A stretch of 63,597 nt of DNA, counting the filler, from Caldilineae bacterium (GTDB lineage Bacteria; Chloroflexota; Anaerolineae; DTLA01), in the NCBI GenBank assembly GCA_037446815.1. It is 3 parts of 3 records of this genome, joined end to end, with 100 filler letters (N's around TTAATTAATTAA, not from the genome) between each part and the next. Parts side by side here need not be neighbours in the genome. Positions count along the whole stretch, not along the records: positions 1 to 23,804 come from JBBIHX010000033.1; 2 more parts are not named here. One strand, 5' to 3'. Every line of letters starts with the position of its first letter. Within the stretch, counting starts at the first letter, position 1. The notes beneath the pieces are model-generated. The model saw only the letters and a program-made list of their open reading frames with translations. It was not told the DNA's origin and searched no databases. Shown piece by piece: positions 8,106 through 16,050 of the stretch. A program made the translations under genes and the position numbers.

Positions 8106-8801
8106 TCACGTCCACGCGCCGCCGCGCCGCTCCACCTCGGCCAGCACCCGCGCCACAACGCCCGACAGGTCGCTACCCGCCGATGCCGCGTACACGTACG
8201 TCCATCCCGGCGGCACGGGGGCCCGTTCCGCCAGACCCACGCCCACGCCCCCCTGTGCGCACGGGATGGCGATGGCAATCCGGTACCGCCCGCTCGCGTC
8301 CCTCACCTCCAGCGACCCCTCCGGACGCAGGCCGGCCCCCTTCAGCGCCCGCCAGATGCGCTCCTCCAGCGGCTCGCGAATCCACAGATCGTTGATCTCC
8401 TCGGCCGACAGGAGCCGGCCCAGCGTGGTGGGAAGGAACGTCAATCGGCGGAGTCGCCGACTGGGGATGGGCCGCGGCAGCGGTTCCAGCGGCCCCAGCG
8501 CCACGCGGTAGTACCAGTCATCGGCGCGGGGATGGTCCGCCTCATCGGGGAGCAAGTCCCGCCGCCGCACCAGTTCAAACCGCAGCACCGGCGCCACATA
8601 GCGCACGCTCCAGGCCATGTCGCCGAACACCTTGGTGAAGTAGAACGCCAGAAGGTCCGCGCCTATCTGGCGGGGCGCGCGATTCACCGGAATGCGGTAC
8701 CACCCCTCCGTCTGGACAATCTCCCAGTCGCGACGGTTGTTCACCAACACGACCAACACGCGGTACGTATCCGGAGAGCGGTAGGCAGTCTCGGTGTTCA
8801 T
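8106..8801 (-). CDS. hypothetical protein: EVE/PUA-like N-terminus plus degenerate DUF559/Vsr-like endonuclease C-terminus
   Basis: VLVVLVNNRRDW..GWYRIP, LAFYFTKVF, PLEERIWRALK..YRIAIAI; ATG 8801 overlaps the upstream TGA (ATGA). Confidence 0.65.
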   Translation of the reverse strand: MNTETAYRSPDTYRVLVVLVNNRRDWEIVQTEGWYRIPVNRAPRQIGADLLAFYFTKVFGDMAWSVRYVAPVLRFELVRRRDLLPDEADHPRADDWYYRVALGPLEPLPRPIPSRRLRRLTFLPTTLGRLLSAEEINDLWIREPLEERIWRALKGAGLRPEGSLEVRDASGRYRIAIAIPCAQGGVGVGLAERAPVPPGWTYVYAASAGSDLSGVVARVLAEVERRGGAWT

Positions 8802-9142
8802 CGCAGCATTACCAGCAAGTAGGCTGCGGCGGCCAGCCCCATCAGCAGCCACAGCACCGCAAACACGTGGGCCACACACCCCCAGCGGCCCGCGGACCGT
8901 GCCACCCGAGATTTGTCCGAGGACTCCCCGCCCGATTTCTTCGCGAGCGCGCGCTGCCCTTTCGCCCAGCGGCGGCTGGCCAGCCCGAGCACGATGAGCA
9001 TCCCGCTCCCCATGCCCCCGCTAACCAACGCGTAGGGGTACCAGGGGTTGTCCTCGCCCGCGGACAGAATCAGCCACGCCACGGCCAGCAGAGCGAACGC
9101 CAGGATGACTAACCATCCCACCAGCGGCGAGTTCTTCGGCAT
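8798..9142 (-). CDS. small membrane protein (3 TM)
   Basis: Hydrophobic segments; packed between uvsE and the downstream gene. Confidence 0.7.
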   Translation of the reverse strand: MPKNSPLVGWLVILAFALLAVAWLILSAGEDNPWYPYALVSGGMGSGMLIVLGLASRRWAKGQRALAKKSGGESSDKSRVARSAGRWGCVAHVFAVLWLLMGLAAAAYLLVMLR

Positions 9143-9155
9143 ACGGCCCCTCGCG

Positions 9156-10118
9156 TCAGGTGATCCGATGCGCCTCCGCCAGTTGCGGCGCGAACCGTCG
9201 CAGGTCCTCGCGCAGGCGCAGCAAGGCCAGGTCCTTGGCCTTTGCCTCCAGCATCACGTCGTATTCGCGCAATCCTTCTGCATCCTGCACAAATCGGATG
9301 AACTCAAAGGGATTGATGAAGTCCGAGTGCTGGGTCCAGAGGGGCGGCAGAAGCACATCGCGGCGACCGCCATCCGCGTCCTTGCGCGCGGCGATGCGGA
9401 ACTCCGTGCGCGGCGAACTGAAGTGAATCTTCGGCGTCTGGCCCTGGGGCCAGGAGTCCAGCGCCATGCGGACGGCGTTTCGCAGCAGCACCCCCTCGTG
9501 GTTGCAGTTCTGGAAGTGCAGGTAGTCAAAGATGAGGCGGATGCCGGTCTGCCGGTGCACCCAGTGGATGTCCGAGATGCAGAATTGGCTTTCGTCGTTC
9601 TCCAGCACAAGCCGCCTGCGCGCCGGCTCGGGGAGGCGCTCGTAGCGGCGTGCGAACCGCTCCAGGGCCGCCCTGCGGTCGCCGTATAGCCCGCCCACAT
9701 GGGTAACCACCACCGCCTCGTCGTCCAGGCCCATCTCGTCCAGCATCCGCGCCTGGGCCACGATGTCGCGCGCGCCCTTTTCGGCGATGGACTCATCCTC
9801 GGCGTTGAGCACGATGTATTGCGACGGATGGAAGGACAGCCGCAGGCCCTGGTTCCGCGCCATGTCGCCCAGCGCGGCCAACTCCCGCGCGCACTCGTCA
9901 ATCTGCGCGTGGAATTGGGGCATGTCCGGATGCGTGAGGTAGGGGGCGATGTCCGACGAGATGCGGTACATGCGAATCTGCACCTCGCCCAGGTAGACGA
10001 AGATATCGCGTAGATACGCCAGGCTGACGCTGAGATGAGGGCTGTTCTGCCACCGGCGTGTGTCGTGGGACTTCAGCCCAGGCCGCCCCAGCACTTTCAC
10101 GGCGAATCCGAGTCGCAT
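9156..10118 (-). CDS. uvsE: UV DNA damage endonuclease
   Basis: MRLGFAVK, YRISSD, RLSFHPSQYIVLN, VTHVGG, LVLENDE, FDYLH, PKIHFSS, QHSDFI, DVMLEAKAKDLA. Confidence 0.95.
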   Translation of the reverse strand: MRLGFAVKVLGRPGLKSHDTRRWQNSPHLSVSLAYLRDIFVYLGEVQIRMYRISSDIAPYLTHPDMPQFHAQIDECARELAALGDMARNQGLRLSFHPSQYIVLNAEDESIAEKGARDIVAQARMLDEMGLDDEAVVVTHVGGLYGDRRAALERFARRYERLPEPARRRLVLENDESQFCISDIHWVHRQTGIRLIFDYLHFQNCNHEGVLLRNAVRMALDSWPQGQTPKIHFSSPRTEFRIAARKDADGGRRDVLLPPLWTQHSDFINPFEFIRFVQDAEGLREYDVMLEAKAKDLALLRLREDLRRFAPQLAEAHRIT

Positions 10119-10200
10119 GTGCCTGCGCTCCGCGGGTGTGATGTGCGCGCCGCAGGGCCGCCCCACGGCACGCGAGACCTGTGCGCACTGCGCGGGCACA

Positions 10201-10229
10201 ACAGTAGCACGGGCGCGGGCGGCTGTCAA
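10201..10229 (-). promoter_or_regulatory. sigma70 promoter of uvsE
   Basis: TTGACA-N17-TACTGT with extended TG. Confidence 0.55.
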
Positions 10230-10256
10230 GCGCCTCCAGCCCCGCGCGGCCACGCT

Positions 10257-10342
10257 CCCTCGCCCCACGGAAAAGGGCCGGGGTGAGGGCAGCGCCCCCT
10301 CGCCCCACGGGAAAGGGTCGGGGTGAGGGCATCGCTCCCTCG
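10257..10342. repeat. tandem REP-like hairpin units
   Basis: Two copies of CCCTCGCCCCACGG(A/G)AAAGGG(C/T)CGGGGTGAGGGCA. Confidence 0.75.
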
Positions 10343-10381
10343 TTCCCCCGCCCGTAGCGCAAGATGCCATCTTGCGCTACG

Positions 10382-11461
10382 CTAGGATGCCTTGGGCCTC
10401 CTGGATGCCAGGTAATACCCCGCCGCCAGGCCAACCACCAGCGCCACGACAACCGCCACAACGGCAATTGCCCCTGCGTCCAGATTCTCCAGCAGGCCGG
10501 GCGCGGGCGTCGGTGTGGCCGTCGGCGTCGCGGTAGGCGGCACCGGCGTGGGCGTGGCCGTGGGCTCCGGCGTAAACGTCGCCGTGGGCAACGGCGTGGG
10601 CGTCTCCGTCGGCGTGGGGGTGGGCAGCGGCGTATCCGTCGGCAATGGCGTGTCCGTCGGGGTGGCCGTCGGCTTGGGCGTGCTCGTGGGCGGGTGCGTC
10701 GGCGCGATGTAGGTCAGGCAGGCATCGTCCCAAAACGAATCGTTGTGCTTCACCGGGTACTCCTGCCAGCCTTTGGTGTACACGGTAACGTGATCGGCCA
10801 GGGCGCGGGTGGTTACCGTCAACTGCACCCAGGCGTCGTAGGGGAAGCCATCCGCATCGTAGCGCCGCGTCTCCCGATCCAGCACAGGCTCGGACCACAC
10901 CGTCGTATCCGGCGGGGGCGCGCCGAACCCAGGCGGCGTGTTGCCGTAGGGGTCAATGCCCGCTTGGGCCCGGTAGTAGCCCGGCCCGCCCTCGCTCAGG
11001 TCCGAGATGAAACTGTTGTTCCGGCCGTACACTTCGTTCTGGCCGGTGTAAATCTGCACCCAAATCGTGAACGTTACCAGGCTCCCTTTCGGGACAGCCA
11101 CCCGCTGCCAGAAACCGGACGTGTGCGTGGCCCACAGGGTGAAGAACTTCTGCGAGAACTGCCCGCTGTGGACGCGGTAGGGGCTGTTCTTCTCTACGAT
11201 GTCTTCAACCTTGAACTCCGGCTCGCGGTTATGCGTCTGATCGCCCAGGAGCGACCAGGGGTACCAGCCGTTGGCCACCCAGGACGACAGGCTTGTGCCC
11301 TCGCCCATGGTGAGTCGGCTCCCCTCTTCAAAGCCGGGATTGGCAAGCAGGTTGCCTGGGCAGGGGTTCTGCAGCGGGGGCGCGGCGAGCACCCGGCCCT
11401 GGGGAAGGACAAGCGACGTTACGACAAGCACGAGCAAGGCCACGACAACGAGTTTGCGCAT
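10382..11461 (-). CDS. secreted protein with carbohydrate-binding-like domain, Pro/Thr linker and C-terminal membrane anchor
   Basis: Signal peptide, NLLANPGFEEG...FWDDACL, PT-rich tract, C-terminal TM followed by RRPK. Confidence 0.8.
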   Translation of the reverse strand: MRKLVVVALLVLVVTSLVLPQGRVLAAPPLQNPCPGNLLANPGFEEGSRLTMGEGTSLSSWVANGWYPWSLLGDQTHNREPEFKVEDIVEKNSPYRVHSGQFSQKFFTLWATHTSGFWQRVAVPKGSLVTFTIWVQIYTGQNEVYGRNNSFISDLSEGGPGYYRAQAGIDPYGNTPPGFGAPPPDTTVWSEPVLDRETRRYDADGFPYDAWVQLTVTTRALADHVTVYTKGWQEYPVKHNDSFWDDACLTYIAPTHPPTSTPKPTATPTDTPLPTDTPLPTPTPTETPTPLPTATFTPEPTATPTPVPPTATPTATPTPAPGLLENLDAGAIAVVAVVVALVVGLAAGYYLASRRPKAS

Positions 11462-11464
11462 CGT

Positions 11465-12421
11465 TTACCAAATGCCTCCTAGAGAGATGGATTGTTGCGC
11501 GTGGGCGAGGACGACCGCCATGGCGATGGAAAGCACGCGGGTTACGTGCTCGTCCGCGCGGGAATTGATGATGATGGGGACTTTGGCGCCGACCACCAGC
11601 CCGGCCATGCGCCCGTTGGCGAAGTACAGGATGCTCTTCGCCATGGTGTTGCCGGCCTCCACGCTGGGGACGATGAGGATGTCGGCGCGGCCGGCCACCT
11701 CGCCGCCCAGGTTCTTGATGCGGGCGGCCTCGGGCGATATGGCGGCATCCAGCGGCAGCGGGCCGTCCACCACCGCGTCGTCCACCCACCCCTGCGCCGC
11801 CATGCGCGACAGGGCCAGCGCGTCTATGGACGACGGCACCTTCGGGTGGACCGTCTCGGACGCGGCCAGGATCGCCACCCGTGGGCGCTGGATTCCGAAC
11901 AGCCGCGCCACCTCCACCGCGTTCTGGATAATCTCCAGTTTCTGATAGATGGTGGGGTACAGCACCACGCCGCTGTCGCTGATGTAGATGAGGCGATCCA
12001 GGCCCGGGATTTCAAAGATGCCCACGTGGGTCAACAGGCGCCCCCGACGGATGCCGTACTGGCGGTCCAGCGCCGTGCTCAGGAGTTCGTCGGTCTTGAG
12101 TTGGCCCTTCGCCACAACGTCCGCGGCGCCGATGCTGGCAAGACGCACCGCTTCGCGCGCGGCCAACAGCGCATCGGCCACGTGGGTAATCTCCATGCCG
12201 TTCAGGCTCAGGCCCTCCCGCTCGGCGATGGCGCGGATGGTCTTCTCATCCCCCACCAGATGACAATGGGCGATGCCCTTGCGCTCCACCTCCTCGGCGG
12301 CGATGAGCACTTCCGGATCCGCGGCGGCCGCCACGGCCACCGTCTTCGGCCCGACGGTAACGGCCTCCTCTATCATCTCGTCAAACGTCGTGATGGGTGA
12401 GGTACGCGGTTTCACTCCCAT
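11465..12421 (-). CDS. phosphate acetyl/butyryltransferase (PTA_PTB family)
   Basis: KGQLKT, VDGPLPLDAAIS, VAGRADILIVPSVEAGN, GAKVPIIINSRAD. Confidence 0.92.
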   Translation of the reverse strand: MGVKPRTSPITTFDEMIEEAVTVGPKTVAVAAAADPEVLIAAEEVERKGIAHCHLVGDEKTIRAIAEREGLSLNGMEITHVADALLAAREAVRLASIGAADVVAKGQLKTDELLSTALDRQYGIRRGRLLTHVGIFEIPGLDRLIYISDSGVVLYPTIYQKLEIIQNAVEVARLFGIQRPRVAILAASETVHPKVPSSIDALALSRMAAQGWVDDAVVDGPLPLDAAISPEAARIKNLGGEVAGRADILIVPSVEAGNTMAKSILYFANGRMAGLVVGAKVPIIINSRADEHVTRVLSIAMAVVLAHAQQSISLGGIW

Positions 12422-12444
12422 TCCTCCGCACGGGCAACTGCCCG

Positions 12445-13605
12445 TCAGTCGCCCTGCGCCAGGCGCGCCAGGGCAAGGGACGCGAACAGCGCCGCGCCAA
12501 CGGCCAACGCCGACTCGGCCACGTCAAAGCGCGATGTGTGAATCGCTCGGAAGGGCTGGCCCTGCCCCCGCACGCCTAGCCGCAGGTAGCAGCCGGGCGC
12601 TTTGGCCGCGAAGATGCTGAAATCCTCCGCGCCCATCTCTATCGGCTGGTCGCCAAATCGGTCGCCCAGGAGTTCGCGCCCGACCCGCCGCGCCAGGCCC
12701 GTGAGTTCCGCATCGTTGACCGTGGGCGGATAGCCCTCCTGCACGGCCAACTCGTAGTCGCCGCCCAGGGCGCGGGCCACCTCGCAGGCGCGCCGGATGC
12801 CACCTACCAGCGCGGCGCGCACCTCCGGCGTGAAACTGCGCAGGGTGCCCTTGACCTCCACCTCGCCGGGGATGATGTTGCTCTTCGTGCCGCCGTGAAT
12901 ACTCCCGATGGAGACGACGCCGCTATCCAGCGGCGAGATACGCCGCGATACCACGTGGTTCAGCGCCACCACCACCTGCGCCGCCAGCAGGATGGGGTCC
13001 ACGCCCTTGTGGGGATACGCGCCGTGGCTCCCCTGCCCCCGCACGACGACTCGGAACGCGTCGGCGGCGGCCATCACCGGCCCCGTGCGCACGCCCGCCG
13101 TGCCCGCTTCGGCCTCGTCGTCCACGTGCATGCCGAAGACGGCGCTTACGCCGTCCATGACGCCCTCGGCAACCATGCGCATGGCCCCGCTCTGGCCCTC
13201 GTCATCCTGCCCCTCCTCGCTGGGCTGGAAGATGAAGCGCACCGTGCCGCGAAACGCGTGCTCGCGCAGGAGCATGGCCGCGCCTATCAGCGCTGCCATG
13301 TGCACGTCGTGGCCGCATGCGTGCATCACGCCCGGGTTGCGCGAGGCGTAGGGGGCGTCGTTCTCCTCCTGGATAGGCAGCGCATCCATGTCGGCGCGCA
13401 GGGCCACGATGGGCCGACCGCTGCCCATGTCGGCCACCACGCCGGTCTTGCCTACGCCGGTTCGCGGCTTCAGGCCCAGCGACGCCAGAAGACCTGTGAT
13501 GTACTCGGCGGTTCGGTACTCCTGGAAGCCCAACTCGGGATACTGGTGCAGCGTCCTGCGGATTTCCACCAGCCGAGGGAGCAGGGCAGTTGCATTGGAC
13601 AGCAT
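12445..13605 (-). CDS. M20D family amidohydrolase
   Basis: HQYPELGFQE, LRADMDALPI, MHACGHDVH, FQPSEE, GAEDFS. Confidence 0.95.
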   Translation of the reverse strand: MLSNATALLPRLVEIRRTLHQYPELGFQEYRTAEYITGLLASLGLKPRTGVGKTGVVADMGSGRPIVALRADMDALPIQEENDAPYASRNPGVMHACGHDVHMAALIGAAMLLREHAFRGTVRFIFQPSEEGQDDEGQSGAMRMVAEGVMDGVSAVFGMHVDDEAEAGTAGVRTGPVMAAADAFRVVVRGQGSHGAYPHKGVDPILLAAQVVVALNHVVSRRISPLDSGVVSIGSIHGGTKSNIIPGEVEVKGTLRSFTPEVRAALVGGIRRACEVARALGGDYELAVQEGYPPTVNDAELTGLARRVGRELLGDRFGDQPIEMGAEDFSIFAAKAPGCYLRLGVRGQGQPFRAIHTSRFDVAESALAVGAALFASLALARLAQGD

Positions 13606-13631
13606 AACGTAGCCTCGTTGAAGGGAGAATG

Positions 13632-14621
13632 TTAGGGCAGGCGAACGGCCCGCTTGACCTCGTCCAGCGTTTGCGCGGCGATGACGCGGGCGCGCTCCGC
13701 GCCGTCGCGCAGGATGTCCCAGACCTCGTCCGGCCGCTCGGCGTACTTCGCGCGAATCTCCCGGAACGGCGCGAGGAATTCTATCAGTTCACGGGCAAAC
13801 ATCCGCTTGTGCTCCACGCACCCCAGCGTCGCGTTGCGGCAATCGCACTCAATCTGCGCCATCCTCGCGTCGTCGCCGGCGATGAGTTTGTGCAGCGTGA
13901 AGATGTTGCAGACCTCCGGGTGTCCGGGGTCCTTCTTATACAGGCGCGCGGGGTCCGTTACCGCGCCCATGACCTTGCGCGTGATGTCCTCGGGCGAGTC
14001 GGCCAGTTCAATGCTGTTGTCCTTCTCCAGCGACTTGCTCATCTTGCTCACGCCGTCAAGCCCCAGAATCTTGGGCGCCTCGGTCAGCACCATCTGCGGC
14101 TCCACGAGCACCTGGCCGTAGCGGGCGTTGAAGCGCCGCACGATTTCGCGCGTGAATTCCAAATGCGGGGCCTGGTCTATGCCCACGGGCACGGCATCGG
14201 CCTTGTACAGCAAGATGTCGGCGGCCATGAGCACCGGATATCCCACCAGGCCGTAGTTCACGTTGTCGGGCTGTTCGCGCACCTTGTCCTTGAACGTGGG
14301 CAGGCGCGTGAGCCAGCCGAGAGGCGTCGTCATGCCCAGGAGCGTGTACAGTTCGGTAACCTGGGGCACGTGCGACTGCACGAAGACGATGGTGCGCGTC
14401 GGGTCAATTCCGGCCGCCAGCCAGTCCAGCACCATCTCATACGTGTATTCGCGCAGAGGCGACGTGTCCACCAGCGAGGTCAGCGCGTGCAAGTCCACCA
14501 CGCAGTAGACGCAATCGTACTCCTCCTGCAGCGCCACGTAATTGCGGATGGCGCCGAAGTAGTTGCCGAGATGTTGGCGCCCCGTTGGGCGCGCTCCGGA
14601 AAAGACCCTACCCTTCTTCAT
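13632..14621 (-). CDS. trpS: tryptophanyl-tRNA synthetase
   Basis: SGARPTG, HLGN (HIGH), YPVLMAADILLY, VPVGIDQ, KMSKS. Confidence 0.98.
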   Translation of the reverse strand: MKKGRVFSGARPTGRQHLGNYFGAIRNYVALQEEYDCVYCVVDLHALTSLVDTSPLREYTYEMVLDWLAAGIDPTRTIVFVQSHVPQVTELYTLLGMTTPLGWLTRLPTFKDKVREQPDNVNYGLVGYPVLMAADILLYKADAVPVGIDQAPHLEFTREIVRRFNARYGQVLVEPQMVLTEAPKILGLDGVSKMSKSLEKDNSIELADSPEDITRKVMGAVTDPARLYKKDPGHPEVCNIFTLHKLIAGDDARMAQIECDCRNATLGCVEHKRMFARELIEFLAPFREIRAKYAERPDEVWDILRDGAERARVIAAQTLDEVKRAVRLP

Positions 14622-14651
14622 ACGCTCACCTCATTCTTTCCAAGCATCTGT

Positions 14652-14679
14652 GGCCGGACCGGCCTCCCTAGATAGTTCA
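14652..14679 (-). promoter_or_regulatory. putative bacterial SECIS element
   Basis: UGA ACU AUC UAG GGA GGCC-GGUCC-GGCC: GC stem whose GGUC apical loop starts 16 nt after the UGA. Confidence 0.65.
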
Positions 14680-14895
14680 GTAGCCGTGGAACCCCACACG
14701 GACCTGACCGCGCTCCACGATGGTGGGGACTGCGCGCTTGCCGCCGTTGAGCGCCAACATGCGCTCGCGGGCTTCGCGGTCGGCCAGGACGTCGTATTCG
14801 GTGAAGGCGATGCCGCGCTGTTGGAGGTCCTTCTTCGCCGCCGCGCTGTACGGACAACCCGGCTTGGTGAAGATGACGACTTCTTCCTCAGGCAT
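14668..14895 (-). CDS. Uxx* glutaredoxin-like selenoprotein (UGA = Sec), 75 aa
   Basis: AGGAGG RBS; MPEEEVVIFTKPGCPYS...VPTIVERGQVRVGFHGY-TGA-ACT-ATC-TAG, i.e. GFHGY-U-T-I-stop. Confidence 0.8.
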
Positions 14896-14930
14896 GATTC
14901 GCCTCCTGTGCGGAGTCATCGCTCCTGCCT

Positions 14931-14959
14931 AGTTTACCATACATGCCCACGGCATACAA
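14931..14959 (-). promoter_or_regulatory. sigma70 promoter of the glutaredoxin-trpS unit
   Basis: TTGTAT-N17-TAAACT with extended TG. Confidence 0.5.
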
Positions 14960-15170
14960 AATGCCAGGCATTCTCTTGCCACCACACGCCAGAGGGAGAC
15001 AAGCCGCAAGAACCTCGCGCCTGCGGGCACACACTGTACGGGCTACCGGCCGGTCGCCTCTGCAACGACGTTACTCGGACCGCGCCAAGCACAGCGAAGT
15101 GGGGCAAGCTCGGGATATGGCAGGCACGGATTGCACGGAAGGGGCTGAGGTGAGGGCGCGCTCCGGCCGC

Positions 15171-15995
15171 CTACGGCGCGGCCCGTCGTATCCGCCACGG
15201 GTGGGTGTAGACGACAAAGCGGTGCGGGCGCACGTACCCCACGAGGGTCTGATTCAACACGTCGGCCAGTTGCACCGATAGCGACGTTGGCGAGGAGAGG
15301 GACGCCACCAGGCTTACGCCCAGGCGCGCGGACTTGGTAACGAACTCGTAACTGGCGCGGCCCGTGCCCAACAGGAACTTGTCGCCCAGCGGGATGCCGC
15401 GCAGCACGCACGCGCCCAGGGTCTTGTCCACCGCGTTGTGCCGCCCGATGTCTTCGCACACCACGATTGCCTCCCCGGACGCGGCGAATATGCCGGCGGC
15501 ATGGATTCCGCCCGCCGCCTTGTACGCCTCCTGCGCCGCGGTCAGCCGCTTCAGCGAGCCGCGCAACGCCTCCTCCGGAAACTCAACGCCGTCGCCGAGG
15601 GGCGGGACCGTGCACGCCCAACTGCCCGGGGCGTCGGCCGCGCACCCCGAACGGATGAAGCGCGGCTTGGCGAGTTTCTCGGCATCCGGGCGCACACCCG
15701 GCCGCAGGCGCAGCGTTACCCGCTTGGCGACCTCGCCGCCGTCGGTGTCCACGGACGCGATGGCCTCGGCATCGGGCACGATTCCTTCGCCCAGGCAATA
15801 CCCCACCGCCAGTTCCCTATCCAGCCCGGGCGTGCGCATCAACACCGCCACGAGCGTGTCGCCCACGGCGATCTCCAGAGGCGCTTCCACAACCACAAGC
15901 CCCTCTTCGGGGCCGGGCGCTCCCCACGGTTGCGCTGGCCATCGGAACAGCCCCGGCGAGTCCCCATAGTCCGATGGGTTTGTGCGTCGTTTCAC
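15171..15995 (-). CDS. fdhD: formate dehydrogenase accessory sulfurtransferase
   Basis: EAPLEI, MRTPG..ELAVG..EG, GGIHAAG, EDIGRHNAVDK, GRASYE, SSPTSL. Confidence 0.93.
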   Translation of the reverse strand: MKRRTNPSDYGDSPGLFRWPAQPWGAPGPEEGLVVVEAPLEIAVGDTLVAVLMRTPGLDRELAVGYCLGEGIVPDAEAIASVDTDGGEVAKRVTLRLRPGVRPDAEKLAKPRFIRSGCAADAPGSWACTVPPLGDGVEFPEEALRGSLKRLTAAQEAYKAAGGIHAAGIFAASGEAIVVCEDIGRHNAVDKTLGACVLRGIPLGDKFLLGTGRASYEFVTKSARLGVSLVASLSSPTSLSVQLADVLNQTLVGYVRPHRFVVYTHPWRIRRAAP

Positions 15996-16050
15996 CTTCT
16001 CCTCCGCTCTGTGGGCACCACGCGGTCAGCCGCCGGCGCCCTTGCCGCAC

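Noticed and set aside
14950..14970. Second sigma54-like site (TGGCAT-N5-ATGC, minus strand)
   Set aside because: Weak match that overlaps a better sigma70 promoter.
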